Assembly: GCF_009914755.1 (NCBI RefSeq)
Contig: NC_060926.1
DNA from: the human T2T-CHM13v2.0 reference genome, Homo sapiens
Length of the DNA: 64,000 nt
Direction: 5' to 3' (one strand)
Positions 22,620 through 64,000 of the stretch are shown here, piece by piece. A program made the translations under genes and the position numbers. Within the stretch, counting starts at the first letter, position 1; each line of letters opens with the position of its first letter. The notes beneath the pieces were generated by a model, which did not search any database, had not been told where the DNA came from, and saw only the letters and a program-made list of their open reading frames with translations.

Positions 22620-24679
22620 GTCCTTCCAGCCCTATACACTCCCAACAGGCTCAACAGGTAGTTCCTCAACTGGGCCAAGATTCTCAAATCTTTTGCACAC
22701 TTTGGTTACTCTGCATAGAATCCCCACCACGTCTCTGTTTAGATGCTACCTCTTCAGGAAAGCCTTTTTTATCCCCCCTAGACAGACTTGGAGACATGCA
22801 TTAACCTCTTACTCTTTGAGCTACTCACTGTAAAGAAATATTCTTTGATATTTTATGATTTTCTGTATTTTCCCACTGGGCTGTAAGTTTCTTGAAGCTA
22901 GAACTAGATTTTACATACCCAACACTTTTAGACCACAGCACAAAGTAAAAGATCAAATTTATTTTGGAATGAGTGAAAAAAAGTCCTATTTTCTTAGCGG
23001 AATTAACCTTCTATGGCTGGTTATATGATTAAGTGAGCATAAGGCTTTCAGTTCTTCTTACGGGGAAAAGTGCCTTTTTTCACTTGCCTCAGAGAAGCTG
23101 AAAAATGTCACATTTAACTAAGCAGAGTATTTCTCACCTAAAAGCCCTTTTGATATTTCAATCCCTTAAACAGGTCCCTGGATCACCCAGAGCAAAGTTT
23201 AAAAAAAAAAAAAACAGTGAGCTTTTTGGTAATAATACATTTCTTAATTCAAGAAACAAAAGACTGTGGATATACATCTAGCCTCAGAACCCTCATCTAA
23301 GGCTCTGGTTAGAACTCCGTTGTATTACCTAAAAGCCAAGGTATGGTTCCAATGCTTAAGCAACATCTTTGTGCACTGGCAGCAAACCTGTCAATGCCAC
23401 AAAGAAAATGTCAGCAGTACTACCAGAGTTCTCATGCTCCAACTATAGTAATCTATTTAACCCTTTGCTTTCTTCTTCTGCCTGCTACTCCACCACAATG
23501 ACTATCAATTTGTCTTATCCATCTCCACTCAACAAACTATTTTGGAAGATATTTATGAATCAGTTGAGAAGAAGAAACTAGTGTTACAGGTCTTTTAGAA
23601 TTTGTCTAAATACAAATTTTTAAAAGTTTTCAGTAAAGACTGGAAAGTCCCCAACTCAGAAAAAAAAAAAAAGTTAAAAAAAAAGTAAATAAAAAAATAA
23701 TTTGACAAAAAAGAGAAGAAACTTTGAAGGACAGTATTTTCCCAAATCAGCCTTGAAGAACCTCACTAACCCAACACAACAAAGAACTCTTTGTAACCAT
23801 GCGCCAGTTAAGATACACACTTTGGGTGCCTGACCTCCCTTTATACAGAGCTCCGCCTTAACTGGACCTTTGGGAATAAGGCCTGAAGGAGAAGAAAATA
23901 AATGATCTATGAAGGGAAGGGGACATCTGGGTCTAATTCAAACAAATGAGGGAATGGATTTTCTCTCCTGATCAAAACATTCTGAACGACAACAAAAAAA
24001 GTAATGATGGCAAGGGGGTGTCATTCACCATCTCTTTATGTAAGTCCATTTCCCTGTTCGTAGATTCAGTCCCATTGGATCTGATGGCTGAAGGCCATCA
24101 GAGCTTCCAGTTGCCATTACTAACGCAACGAAGAACCTTAATTGAAATAGCTGTAGTCATTTTTATTAACCCTTATGTGAATTCCAGTAATAGCAATAAA
24201 ATTATTAAAATAAAAATTCCTTTGCATAAGAATATGGGGAGCTGGGGTACATATGTCCTACTTTTTAGGGAGCTTTGTGGAGAAATGTACCCCAGTGGAC
24301 AGAGAAGATGGTAGCAAGTATCAAAGGAAAAAGAAATAGGTTGAGCCCCTGAGGCCTGTGAAAAGAAATGAGGACAAGAACAAAAGGCACCAATCAAGGC
24401 CTCAGAAAGACCCTTTGAGTGAACCCCTTTAGCCTCCCGCAGTTCATCCCACACACTTTGGCTCCAGAGGGACCTGTCAAAAATACAAATGTGATCCAGT
24501 TTTTCCTTGCTTCCAATATCGTGGTTACTCTTCACCCACAGGATGAGTACTAGATTTCCCAATTCAGTGGCAGCACTCCCACAGAAAGAGCTTTCACAGA
24601 GCTCTTCAAGGATGCAGCTCTCACAAATTTATTTCTCACAGTCATGGTGAAAGATGTGCCTAGAGGGCAGAGCTTTCAC

Positions 24680-25140
24680 TGACAAATAATAAATAGAAGA
24701 CCACTCAAACTAAAGAAGGGGATTTACTAGCTCACGTAATTGGAAAGAACAGGAATACAAACAGCTTTCAGCACATTTATACCCAGGGACAGAATGTTGT
24801 CAGAACTCTTGAACTACCTCTCTGACCTCATGGACAGGGAAATAATCCTCAAATAGCTCTGTAATCACAACTTTATAGCTTGCAGCCCAAAATGAGAGAG
24901 GCTATTCCTCCATCCTTACTTTTTATATTCTAGACAAGGATTCTGGCCAGTCCAGCGTGAGTCACATGCCCCACTCCTGTGGCAAAGAAGGCAAGACATT
25001 GTGATAGGACAGCTCCACCAAAGCCCTATAGAGTCATATAGCCACATACGGCAAGAGGAAGCAGTTCTTCAAAGGAAAGGGGAAGGTGTTGCTAAAAGAA
25101 GAACACCAAGAAGGCACACAAAAAAATATGTCCACCGCAT
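24680..25140. mobile_element. Old MaLR/ERVL LTR relic (MLT1-like)
   Basis: ggatttactagctcacgtaattggaaag...gagtcacatgccccactcctg...tgtccaccgca resembles old MLT1 elements. Confidence 0.5.
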
Positions 25141-25819
25141 CAAGCAAATATGACCTGATTGCCCCCCAGAAAACCTGAGGCTTGAGGACAAAGGATGCTA
25201 ACTCCAACTAGAAGCTATGCCCTCCCCAATACTCCTCTCCAACGTGGCTCCAAATTTTTCCAGTAGGCAGAAGCTGGGGCAGAGTTTTCTAGCTCTGCGA
25301 GAAAGAAACTCTTTCTACTGCCAAGAAAGTCAACAAATTGAAAACCATGAGATAAACTGGTCCTACCTTTAACCTACTATTTCTGTCCTGTTGGATGTGA
25401 ACAGAGCCACAATAAGGGGTGGACCATTCAGGGAGCTGCCTAGAACTGAAAGATCACTTGAAACGTAAGGACACAGAAAAAGTACTATTTTTCTAGGGTT
25501 TCTTTCAAGGGATACTTGAAAAGTTGCTTCTGTGTATCTTGTAAGCTCCTAGGGAATAATCACAGATAACACTGATATGGCAAAATGGAGTATATGGCTG
25601 GGATTTCCCAAGAGGGGTGTAGATTCCCTCTGGACTGGAAAGCAACTAGTTTCATATTCCTGCATAAAAAAATGGACACACATGTACATACCACTGCTTT
25701 TGTCTACTGTGGTTCTAGACTCTTGCCCACTCGTAAGTAGCTATGAAAGCAAGGAAAGCTTCTCTCCTCCCTCAAGTAGGAATACTCAAGAGGGGTATGG
25801 GCCCAACTTCCTTAAGGCA

Positions 25820-26400
25820 GAATAGTATAGCTATAATGTGCATAGGCCCTGCAGCCAGAATGCCAGAGTTCATGTTCCTAGCTTTTCCACTCAAGTTGCA
25901 TGGCAATGGACAATGTACTTTTCCTTGTGCCTCCATCTTCCAGTTTATAAAAATGGGGACAATAGGCCGGGCACAGTGGCTCAAGCCTGTAATCCCAGCA
26001 CTTTGGGAGGCCAAGGCGGGTGGATCACTTGAGGTCAGGGACCAGCCTGGCCAATATGGTGAAACCCTGTCTCTACCAAAAATACAAAAATAGTCAGGTG
26101 TGGTGGCGCATGCCTGTAATTCCAGAAGAATTGCTTGAACTTGGGAGGAGGAGGTTGCAGTGAGCTGAGATGGTGCCACTGCACTCCAGCCTGGACGACA
26201 GAGCAAGACTTCGTCTCAAAATAAAAAGGCAGGGGCGGTGGGGGGGGGCGGAGGAGGGACAATAGTTAACTATCACGTAGGATTAAATGACTTCATAAAT
26301 ATAAGGTGCTTAGAACAGTCTTTGTGAAAACCTCAGGCTTGAGGATGAAGGATGTTCAATGAATAAATGAACACTGAATGTTCAATGAACGTTTGCTATT
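25820..26400 (+). mobile_element. MIR interrupted by a + Alu (25965-26228)
   Basis: gtgcctccatcttccagtttataaaaatggggacaata...ggattaaatga...gtgcttagaacag MIR motifs; TSD-like ggacaatag around the Alu. Confidence 0.7.
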
Positions 26401-26480
26401 CTTATATATGTTGCTCTCATGTGACTGTATGTCATCCTGCATAGGGCTTCATCCTAATTTTGGTTAGTGAAAAATCCTCA

Positions 26481-30091
<3,611 letters not shown>

Positions 30092-30469
30092 CATTTTTGA
30101 TTTCTTTTTTTTGGTCTTAAGCAGTTCTTTGCTACTTAATTGGGGGCTAGTAGCCAGATACCATTTTTAAAACAGACTTGTTTAGCTGTTTCTTAAGCTA
30201 AAAACTTCAGTAAAAATAGTTTTAGATATTTCACAAAAAGCTATTTTAGAATATTCTAAAAAGCATTCTGTTTCTTCCTGTATGGAAAAAAGTAAATAAA
30301 TTAGATGGGGGGAAATGTATTTTAAACTCCTTCACACATATGCAAAGAAGGAGCCATGGGAAATGAGGGACAAAAATAAAAATATCCTTGGATAAAATCC
30401 ACGTGTACAGAAGATGATTCAAGAGGTTATAAATAACTCATATGAGGTAAAGCAAACATGCAATATTTA

Positions 30470-30591
30470 TATATCATTCTCTGAAGAGCATATTTTATTA
30501 ATCTTCAAGTTCCTCAGCATATTAATAATAAAAACTTGATATATATTATCAACAAGTCTGACTGTTATGCCCAAAGAAAATCCAGATTATT
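30470..30591 (-). other. NFU1: NFU1 short AU-rich 3' UTR (end approximate)
   Basis: Lies between the stop codon and roughly 20 nt past an AATAAA hexamer. Confidence 0.7.
30494..30499 (-). terminator. NFU1: NFU1 polyadenylation signal AATAAA
   Basis: TTTATT on plus, about 93 nt after the stop, followed on minus by a GU/U-rich tract (ttgcatgtttgcttt). Confidence 0.8.
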
Positions 30592-30636
30592 TTAAGGTGA
30601 GTTTGCTTCTTTTTCATCTGATTCATCATCCATAAC
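30592..30636 (-). CDS. NFU1: NFU1 exon 8 coding part (VMDDESDEKEANSP-stop)
   Basis: ttttag|GTT ATG GAT GAT GAA TCA GAT GAA AAA GAA GCA AAC TCA CCT TAA; in frame after exon 7. Confidence 0.96.
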   Translation of the reverse strand, partial: VMDDESDEKEANSP

Positions 30637-30830
30637 CTAAAACCAAAAAACAAAGACAATTTAAGAATTAAGAAAATGATTAGATTTTGCTGTTTTCCTG
30701 ATTTTAATATTACTTCTTTACCTGATACACTCTATAATGAGGCATGACAAGCCAGTAAGAATAAATCTATCAACAGCCCCAAAGAACAAGGTTTGAATCA
30801 TAACCCGGTATCCTAAAAACATAAAAGCAA

Positions 30831-32279
<1,449 letters not shown>

Positions 32280-32739
32280 TCCAGATTCTGGCTCTGATCT
32301 GAGACAATCAATAGAAAAAGAATTCTTTCATAGGCTGTCTTTTTGGTTGAGTAAAAATTGGTATTTATTTCCAAGAAATTAATATTTTACATCCAATTTC
32401 AACAATACCCAATCCAAAAAATTTTGTCAACCAACTCATATTTTAGGCAGAATTATTCCTTAATTTGGAATAATATTCCCAAATACTTAATACAAAGCAT
32501 GTATAGGACATTTGTAAGGCACACAGCTAGTTGTTGCAGAGGAACACAAAGACTTGGATATGATTTCAAGTCTCTTAGGGAGCTTCCACGTAAACATAAA
32601 GCTAAAACAGATACAGAAAGCTACATAAACATAAAGCAAAAACAGAAGCTTTGGACCTGTCAAAGAAGAACTTAATTCCAAGTGGGGGATGGATAAAAAC
32701 TTCAAAGAGGAGATGTCATGTACTGGACCAAAACGATGG

Positions 32740-33202
32740 TGTGGAGGCTAAAGCAACTCCATCTTGGATGCTAATCTGCCACATTGACTACCCTCAGTTC
32801 TAGGAATGCCTCTAAGTTTTCTACTTAATTCTGCCTTTAGGTCAAAATAACCTTGATGTTATCCTAAACAAACACATACTTAGCATAAATCTTGCCCTTA
32901 AGCAAATTATAGGCTATTAGGCAAATAGCATTCTTGCCTTTTCCAGAGGGGCTGACTTCAATTGTCCTACACATATCTTCTGAAGCATGTATACCCATTC
33001 CTCCTGGTATATAAGCCCTGAGTCTAGCGGGTAACAATGCAGGAATCCATCATCTTGCAGCTGCCCGATAAATGGCTTCTGTTCCTCAGTCCCTATTAAA
33101 TGTTTCTTTCTGACCAACTGGATTTGCCAGCCTCTGTCTTCAGCCTCTCAGCTCCCTAAGACTTTGGGGATAGGTCTATATAGACCTGCTCACTGTGGAA
33201 CA
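32740..33202 (+). mobile_element. ERV1-class solo LTR (MER4-group-like; subfamily uncertain)
   Basis: TG...CA termini, flanking gatg repeat, TATATAAG at 33008-33015, ATTAAA at 33095-33100, and a gcaactccatcttgg 5' motif typical of this LTR group. Confidence 0.72.
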
Positions 33203-33274
33203 GATGAATTTTAATACTACCCAAGGATGAGTGATTCCCAATGGAGCCCTTAAGGGCACAGAATTACCTGAGGT

Positions 33275-35298
<2,024 letters not shown>

Positions 35299-35439
35299 GA
35301 AATTTTTTTTAAATAAAACAATATTTTACAGCACTTAAGATTTCAAATTTCCTAATAATTATTGTGATTACCTAAAATATACTCAGTCACTTCTTTTGAG
35401 TGAAGGAAAAGGGAGACTGTCACATGCTGGCTTCATTTT

Positions 35440-37700
<2,261 letters not shown>

Positions 37701-37732
37701 TTCTATTTCTCCCCTCCAGAGGTTTGATTCAT

Positions 37733-39600
<1,868 letters not shown>

Positions 39601-40376
39601 ACCAAAAACTATAGGCTTACTTTTCTTAACTTCCCTGCTCTCTAGGATCTTGGTCCTTGAAATCAAGATTTCATTGGTAACCCAGAATTTTAATTTTTGT
39701 CTTCCCATCTAAACAAATTTTCTGAAAGCCCAGTGGTTTCTCTGATTCTTGGCAGCTGCCCTCTGCCCAGCTTCTTCTACCCTAGCTATGTAGCAAGGAA
39801 CAGCAAATGCCTGAAGGGAAAACTCAGTGAGCTTCCCTTCTCTCCAGGATCTTGGCACCTCACATTTTGCTTGCTCTGGCAGCTATCTAATGCTTTCAAA
39901 CAAATTCTTTTTATTGTACTTTATCCAGCTTTTCTGGGAGTTCTCAGCATGACTATTGGTCTGCTACAAGCAAAAGTAGAAGCCTGCTGTTCTCCACTCA
40001 CTTAACATTTATTCTGTATGGGCAATATACTGAAAATAGGTACTCATTCTCTCTTCACAACCTTGCCAAACATTAAGTCTTTTTTTTTTCTTTTTAAGAA
40101 ATTTGGTATTATAACAATATCAAATCTAAATTGAGACTGTGAAGAATACATTTCTTCATTGAATATGTTTAAATAAATTGGATGTTTTAAAATTTTGAGT
40201 AAATGTAGAGAAGATACAGGCTTTAAATTCAATTGTCACGGCTACCTGTTGTGGTTTACATTAACTTGCACTTATTTTGAAAATCTACTATAATCTCATG
40301 GCCAACTAAAACTATATTGCTATAATGAAAAATGCCTCCAAAGCACTTGAATTCAGGTAGAGAGAGGAGCACGTAC

Positions 40377-40437
40377 CGTATTCTAGTATCTAACAATTCC
40401 TTAATCATTGCCACAACTTCATCATCTTCTTCAGATC
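40377..40437 (-). CDS. NFU1: NFU1 exon 6 (61 nt)
   Basis: ttctag|GA TCT GAA GAA...AGA ATA CG|gtacgt; translates (G)SEEDDEVVAMIKELLDTRI(R). Confidence 0.97.
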
Positions 40438-40902
40438 CTAGAAATAATTACATATAAAAACATCAAGAGTAGAAATTTTATAGCCATGCAAGTACGAGTA
40501 TTAAAACAGAATGATTTTAACTACATGGTTCATTAAAAACATAAAACTATAGAAAGAACATGTAACTTGGTATGGAGATATATTTTGGGAAATTGATGAC
40601 AGAATCATTCATTTGATTATCTGAAGAAAAATTAGGGAATACCAATCAACTCAACATCTGGTGATAAAGATGAGTACACTAAAACATCTTGATATGCTAA
40701 TGATGTTAGGGTATGAAATTTTAAGCCAGTAAATATGCAGACATTCTCTGTTCTCAAGGATTGAAAGTATCAGAGAAAAGAAACTGAATTTTGATGGAAA
40801 CTTTGAGACAAAAAGGCACACCTACTTTGTAAGTTAAGTTACATCTTCAGTTTCTCAATTTACTGGTTTTCAAAATGCCAGCCATACTAAATATAGATGT
40901 AA

Positions 40903-41073
<171 letters not shown>

Positions 41074-41134
41074 TGAGCCACCACACCCAGGCAATTTTTT
41101 TATTTTCTGTAGAGATGGGGCCTCGCCATGTTGC

Positions 41135-41510
41135 TGATATGGTTTGGCTGTGTCCCCAACCAAATCTCATCTTGAACTTCAGTTCCCATAATCCCTATGT
41201 GTTGTGGGAGGGAGCTGGTGGGAGGTAACTGAATCATGGGGGTAGTTACCCTCATGCTGTTCTCGTGATAGTGAGTGAGTTCTCACGAGATCTGATTGTT
41301 TTATAAGGAACTTTTCTCCCTTTTGCTTGGCACTTCTTCTTGTTGCCGTCATGTGAAGACTCGCGTGTTTGCTTCCCCTTCCGCCATGATTGTAACTTTC
41401 CTAAGGCCTCCCCAGCTATGCTGAACTGTGAGTCAATTAAACCTCTTTCCTTTATAAATTGCCCAGTCTCAGGTATGTCTTTATCAGCAGCGTGAGAACA
41501 GACTAATCCG
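41135..41510 (+). mobile_element. THE1 (THE1C/D-like) MaLR solo LTR inserted into an AluJ (host 40928-41134 and 41511-41605, minus)
   Basis: Starts tgatatggtttggctgtgtcccc, ends gcagcgtgagaacagactaat; exact 5-bp TSD gttgc at 41130-41134 and 41511-41515. Confidence 0.93.
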
Positions 41511-41760
41511 GTTGCCCAAGATGATCTTCAACTCCTGGGCTCAAGTGATCCTTCTACCTTGGCCCCTCAAAGTACTGAGATTACAGGCATGAGCCATGCC
41601 TGGCCTCTGAAATGTTCTACAAATCTTCTGAGCACAAAGTTAGCCTTTGAGAAAACCAAAAATATGGAGATTTCATATTACGTTATAACAAACACTAGAT
41701 TCTGGCAACCCCTAAAATTAAATTATATTAACATTGAGTTTTTTAAGAAAATAAATAAAA

Positions 41761-43483
<1,723 letters not shown>

Positions 43484-43838
43484 CTTGTGCATTTTTAATG
43501 TTAGTAGATACAAATTACTCTAAAAAGTTATAAGGTTTACATATGGATCCATAAAGAATACATGTAACTGTTTCATGTAGTACTAAAAATTTTCATAAAT
43601 GATACATTTATAAATGTACATACATTTGAATTTTCCTTTTTTACTTAATATTTTCTTTTTTATGTTTCTATGTTGGTATCTCCCAATCTAGTTCATTCCT
43701 TTTAACTGCTGGTATAGTTAAAAAATATTTCAGTGAACATGTTTCTACATGTTGCCTTGTGCATATCTCTAAGACTCAAGACATATATCTAAAAATATAC
43801 CTGTATCACCTAAAGATAATTATACAAATGTTTCTGCA

Positions 43839-44261
43839 TGTCATAGTCTATTTAGTGTTGCTATAAAGGAATACCTGAGACTGTGCAATTTACAAAGAAA
43901 AAAATGTTTATTTGGTTGATTCTGATGTCTAGAAAAGTTGAAGACTTGGCATCTGGTGAGGACCTCAAGCTGCTTACCCCCATGGAAGAAGAAGGGGAGC
44001 TGGCCCATGCAGAGATCACATGGTGAGACAGGAAGGAGATGTTGTTACTGGGACTCTTCTTAGCACTCAGCTCTCAAAAGAACTAATAGAGTAAGAACTC
44101 ACTCCCCTCCCCTCATACCTCCGGCTCTTCGAGAGGGCATTCATCTACTATTGAGGGATCCATCCCCATGACCCACTCACCTCCCATTAGACTCCACCTC
44201 CAACACTGGGGATCAAATTTCAGCATGATATTTGGAGGGGACAAGTGTCCAAACTATAGCA
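43839..44261 (-). mobile_element. MST-family MaLR solo LTR
   Basis: gtgttgctataaaggaatacctgagactg...cacctcccattagactccacctccaacactggggatcaaatttcagcatga...ccaaactatagca is the reverse of an MST LTR. Confidence 0.82.
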
Positions 44262-44319
44262 GTGTATATATGTGTATATGCACATATAAACGTTCGGTTT
44301 TTGTAGTCAATGCTTATTA

Positions 44320-48981
<4,662 letters not shown>

Positions 48982-49509
48982 CAGAGATTTAAAACTTAAA
49001 AACAAAAACTAGTCTTATATATTCCCTGCAGAGACTTACATGTATAGTATAAAACAAAACAAGTTTTCACACATCTCTGGAACTAGGAAGGGAAAAGGGA
49101 TGGGGGTACAGTGGTTTTAGCGGTTTCTTTTTTTTACTTTATGCTCTATATTCTGACACTGTATGTTTAATATTTTATTTAAAATGAGTCTAAAGCAACT
49201 GTGGCAAAAGATAACATTTGTTTTGTTTTTCCCAAAAGCCCATTCTGTAACTTAATTAACATTTGTTAGATATGAGTGGAGGGCAAATTGGTGAGCATGA
49301 TATTTTCTGCATGTTTGAAAATTTTTATAATTGAAAATTTTTGTTTTATAGAGTAATGCCAATTTATACACAAGCTTTCAAAATGATATATAAATTTGCA
49401 GAGCTAAATATATTAAATGATAGAAATCTAGATTCCTATGACTTCTGAAATCAAGGTAAATGTGAAGAAAATAGAAAAGTCTAAAAAAAGGACAAATTTT
49501 AATTACTCA

Positions 49510-49638
<129 letters not shown>

Positions 49639-49652
49639 CTATAAACATTTAA

Positions 49653-50157
<505 letters not shown>

Positions 50158-50319
50158 CCCTTACACCTCTTAAGAATCTTTTCCTGGTCAGGTGTGGTAG
50201 TTCATGCCTAATCCCAACATTTTGGGAAGCTGAGGCAAGAGGATTGCTTGAGTCCAGGAGTTTAAGACTAGCCTGGGCAACATAGCGAGACTTCGTCTCT
50301 TTTTATATTTTTAAAAATA

Positions 50320-50480
50320 ATAAAGGGAAAGGGAAGAAAGAAAAAAGAGAAAAAAGCAGCAGAAAAAAGGAAAGGAGGAAGGAAGGCAAGCAGGCAGGCG
50401 AAGAGAGGAAGGTAAAAGGGAAAGGAAAAGAAAAGAGATAAAAAGAAAAGAAAAGAGGAAAGGAAAGGAAAAGAAAAAAT
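50320..50480 (+). repeat. Purine-rich low-complexity tract
   Basis: GGAAA/GAAAA/GGAA units following an Alu monomer (50185-50300). Confidence 0.85.
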
Positions 50481-50609
50481 ATCTTTTCCTATATACACAC
50501 TATACCTATGCAATGGCAACCACTTCTGGAGAATATATATTAGCTCCACATCTTAAAGGGTCCTGTTTAAACGAATTTCAGAAGATAAAATCTTAAAGAT
50601 CCCCCATTC

Positions 50610-50737
50610 ATTAATTCATTCACTTATTATTATTAATAATATAATTATAATTTATAATTAATAAAAATTAATATTTAATTAATTTAAATATAATTATTAA
50701 TATATTAGTAATAATATTATTATTAATTCATTCACTT
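50610..50737. repeat. A/T-only tract bracketed by a 16-bp direct repeat
   Basis: attaattcattcactt at 50610-50625 and 50722-50737; the 96 bp between contain one G and no C. Confidence 0.85.
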
Positions 50738-50919
50738 TCATTGTTTTAATTTGATTTAAATGATTAAAAGATGTTTTTCATGATGTGAAGACAAAATATT
50801 AAATGGATTTTCTGTCTTTAAAGAAGATGATAAAGAGATTCCCATTCTCTTAAAAAAAACATAGGATGTAATTGCTTGATCAAGTATACGGAACAGCCTA
50901 CAACTATTCAAAAAATTTA

Positions 50920-56201
<5,282 letters not shown>

Positions 56202-56225
56202 CTGTTCTTTATCATCTCTAACATA

Positions 56226-56735
56226 CAGTAGTCCCCCCTTATCCTCAGGGGATCCATTCCAATGCCCCCAGTGGATCCCTGAAACTACACATAGTATTGA
56301 ACCCTGCAAGTATTATGTTTTTTTCCTATACATATATACCTATGATAAAGTTTAATTTATAAATTAGGCACAGTAAGAGATTAACAACTGATAATAAAAT
56401 AGAACAATTATAACAATATGCCAGCAATATGCCAGCATCACTACTTTAAGAGATGGCTTCTAAGTGATCAATGATGCAGCGAGGGTGGTGGGGGGTTCAG
56501 CAGAGGGGAGGGCACAGGCAGACAGGGTATATGACATGGATACACTAGAAAAGGGATAATTTATGCCCTGGGGAGGACAGAGCAAGATTTCACCATGCTA
56601 CTCAGAAAAGCAGCACAATTTAAAACTGATGAATTGTTTATTTCTGGAATTTTCCATTTAATATTTTTAGACTATGGCTGATCTTGGGTAACTGAAACCA
56701 GGGAAAGTGAAACCACAGATAAGGGGGGACTACTG
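56226..56735. mobile_element. MER44-type (Tigger/TcMar) non-autonomous DNA transposon
   Basis: Perfect 18-bp terminal inverted repeats cagtagtccccccttatc (56226-56243) and gataaggggggactactg (56718-56735), preceded by TA. Confidence 0.9.
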
Positions 56736-57047
56736 GTTTAAACATGCCTTTATCTGGTGAATTTTAAAACTGTCCCCACTGACTAGTTTTCATTTATAGT
56801 TCTGAATAGAGTATTTTAGAAATTATTCCATCTTGAAAGAACTACAGATTCAACTACCCTTATGAATAAAATAAGCAAGTTCTCATTATTCTTAAAAATC
56901 AGATTTTTTAAGATCTGAAATGGAAATTTACCATATTTATCAATTTGATGAATATTTTTCTTAAGTAAAAATATAAGTTTTTATTTATTCATGCTATAGA
57001 TCTCTCAAATATATCACAGGAGAAAATTTTTTTAATATCAACTCTCA

Positions 57048-57745
<698 letters not shown>

Positions 57746-57869
57746 ATTTTTTTTTTTAATCTCTCATCTGAAAAGAAATTATTTTCTACACTTAAAAAAA
57801 AATGCAGTGCACATAGAAATGCAATAGTTAAACAGAGTTGTCTTAACCCCAAAGTCAGTTAGTTATTTA

Positions 57870-58100
<231 letters not shown>

Positions 58101-58217
58101 CTATGAAGTGCTCATTTGCAGAGAATCAGAAGAAGTAAGAAAAACTGGGGAAAAACCCAAGGCTTTATTGCCCTGACAAAGCATTTATAAGGATAAGAAA
58201 GAAATATATCACCATAG

Positions 58218-60906
<2,689 letters not shown>

Positions 60907-61113
60907 ACTCTTTTCTTATAATATCTTTTTTCTAGGACCATGATTAGATTGAGAATGGATTCACTAAAGCAATAAAGAGATAACACAATCTTTAATTTCC
61001 TACCTTGCTATTATGACAACAGCTTGCAGGACGAAAGGACGGCACTGGCATTTTAATAGTTTTAAAACTATTAAACAGATCTGATTATTCATTATGAATA
61101 ATCATAATGAAGG

Positions 61114-63843
<2,730 letters not shown>

Positions 63844-64000
63844 TCTGGCTTTATTCTACTCAATCAATTTGAGAAAAACTACACCTGCAGAAAGCAAAAT
63901 TTTTAGAAATCCTTGAGGGTAAAAACTACAAATGCAAAATAAAAAGTCACTTAAGAGCATATACTCTATACTATCTAAAGTAGAAAGTATGAAAATGAAT

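Noticed and set aside
56226-56735. MER44 inverted repeats as a miRNA-like hairpin or active transposon
   Set aside because: The TIRs are about 475 bp apart and there is no transposase ORF; a known fossil family.

Overview
Human-type (primate) genomic DNA, very Alu-rich. The translated exons identify it as the GFPT1-NFU1 locus (human 2p13.3, from recall). Both genes lie on the minus strand in tandem. The left part holds the 5' end of GFPT1 (glutamine--fructose-6-phosphate amidotransferase 1): CpG-island promoter at about 21.0-22.0 kb, exon 1 with only 7 coding nt (Met-Cys), a 13-kb intron 1, and exons 2-3; exon 4 onward lies left of the window. The right part holds NFU1 (Fe-S cluster scaffold/carrier) exons 3-8 with the CxxC motif, stop codon and polyA signal; exons 1-2 lie right of the window. 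All nine coding exons have canonical GT-AG boundaries and splice in frame. The rest is roughly 90 Alu pieces, several LTRs (THE1, MST, MER21, an ERV1-type LTR), a MER44 DNA transposon, L1/L2/MIR relics and microsatellites. Nearly all ORFs in the supplied track are Alu or low-complexity artefacts. I see no convincing new gene system. The most unusual observations are: (1) a 217-bp, 96%-identical local templated duplication that replaces the middle of an Alu and leaves direct repeats on either side of NFU1 exon 5; (2) several smaller templated-insertion scars; (3) an old 3x51-bp gap-free tandem repeat in GFPT1 intron 1 that reads as a 72-aa ORF with 17-aa repeats; (4) a perfect 33-bp duplication upstream of the GFPT1 promoter; (5) a THE1 solo LTR antisense to NFU1 with intact DUX4-type, TATA-like, AP-1 and splice-donor motifs. 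Repeat subfamily names and repeat edges were read by eye and are approximate.
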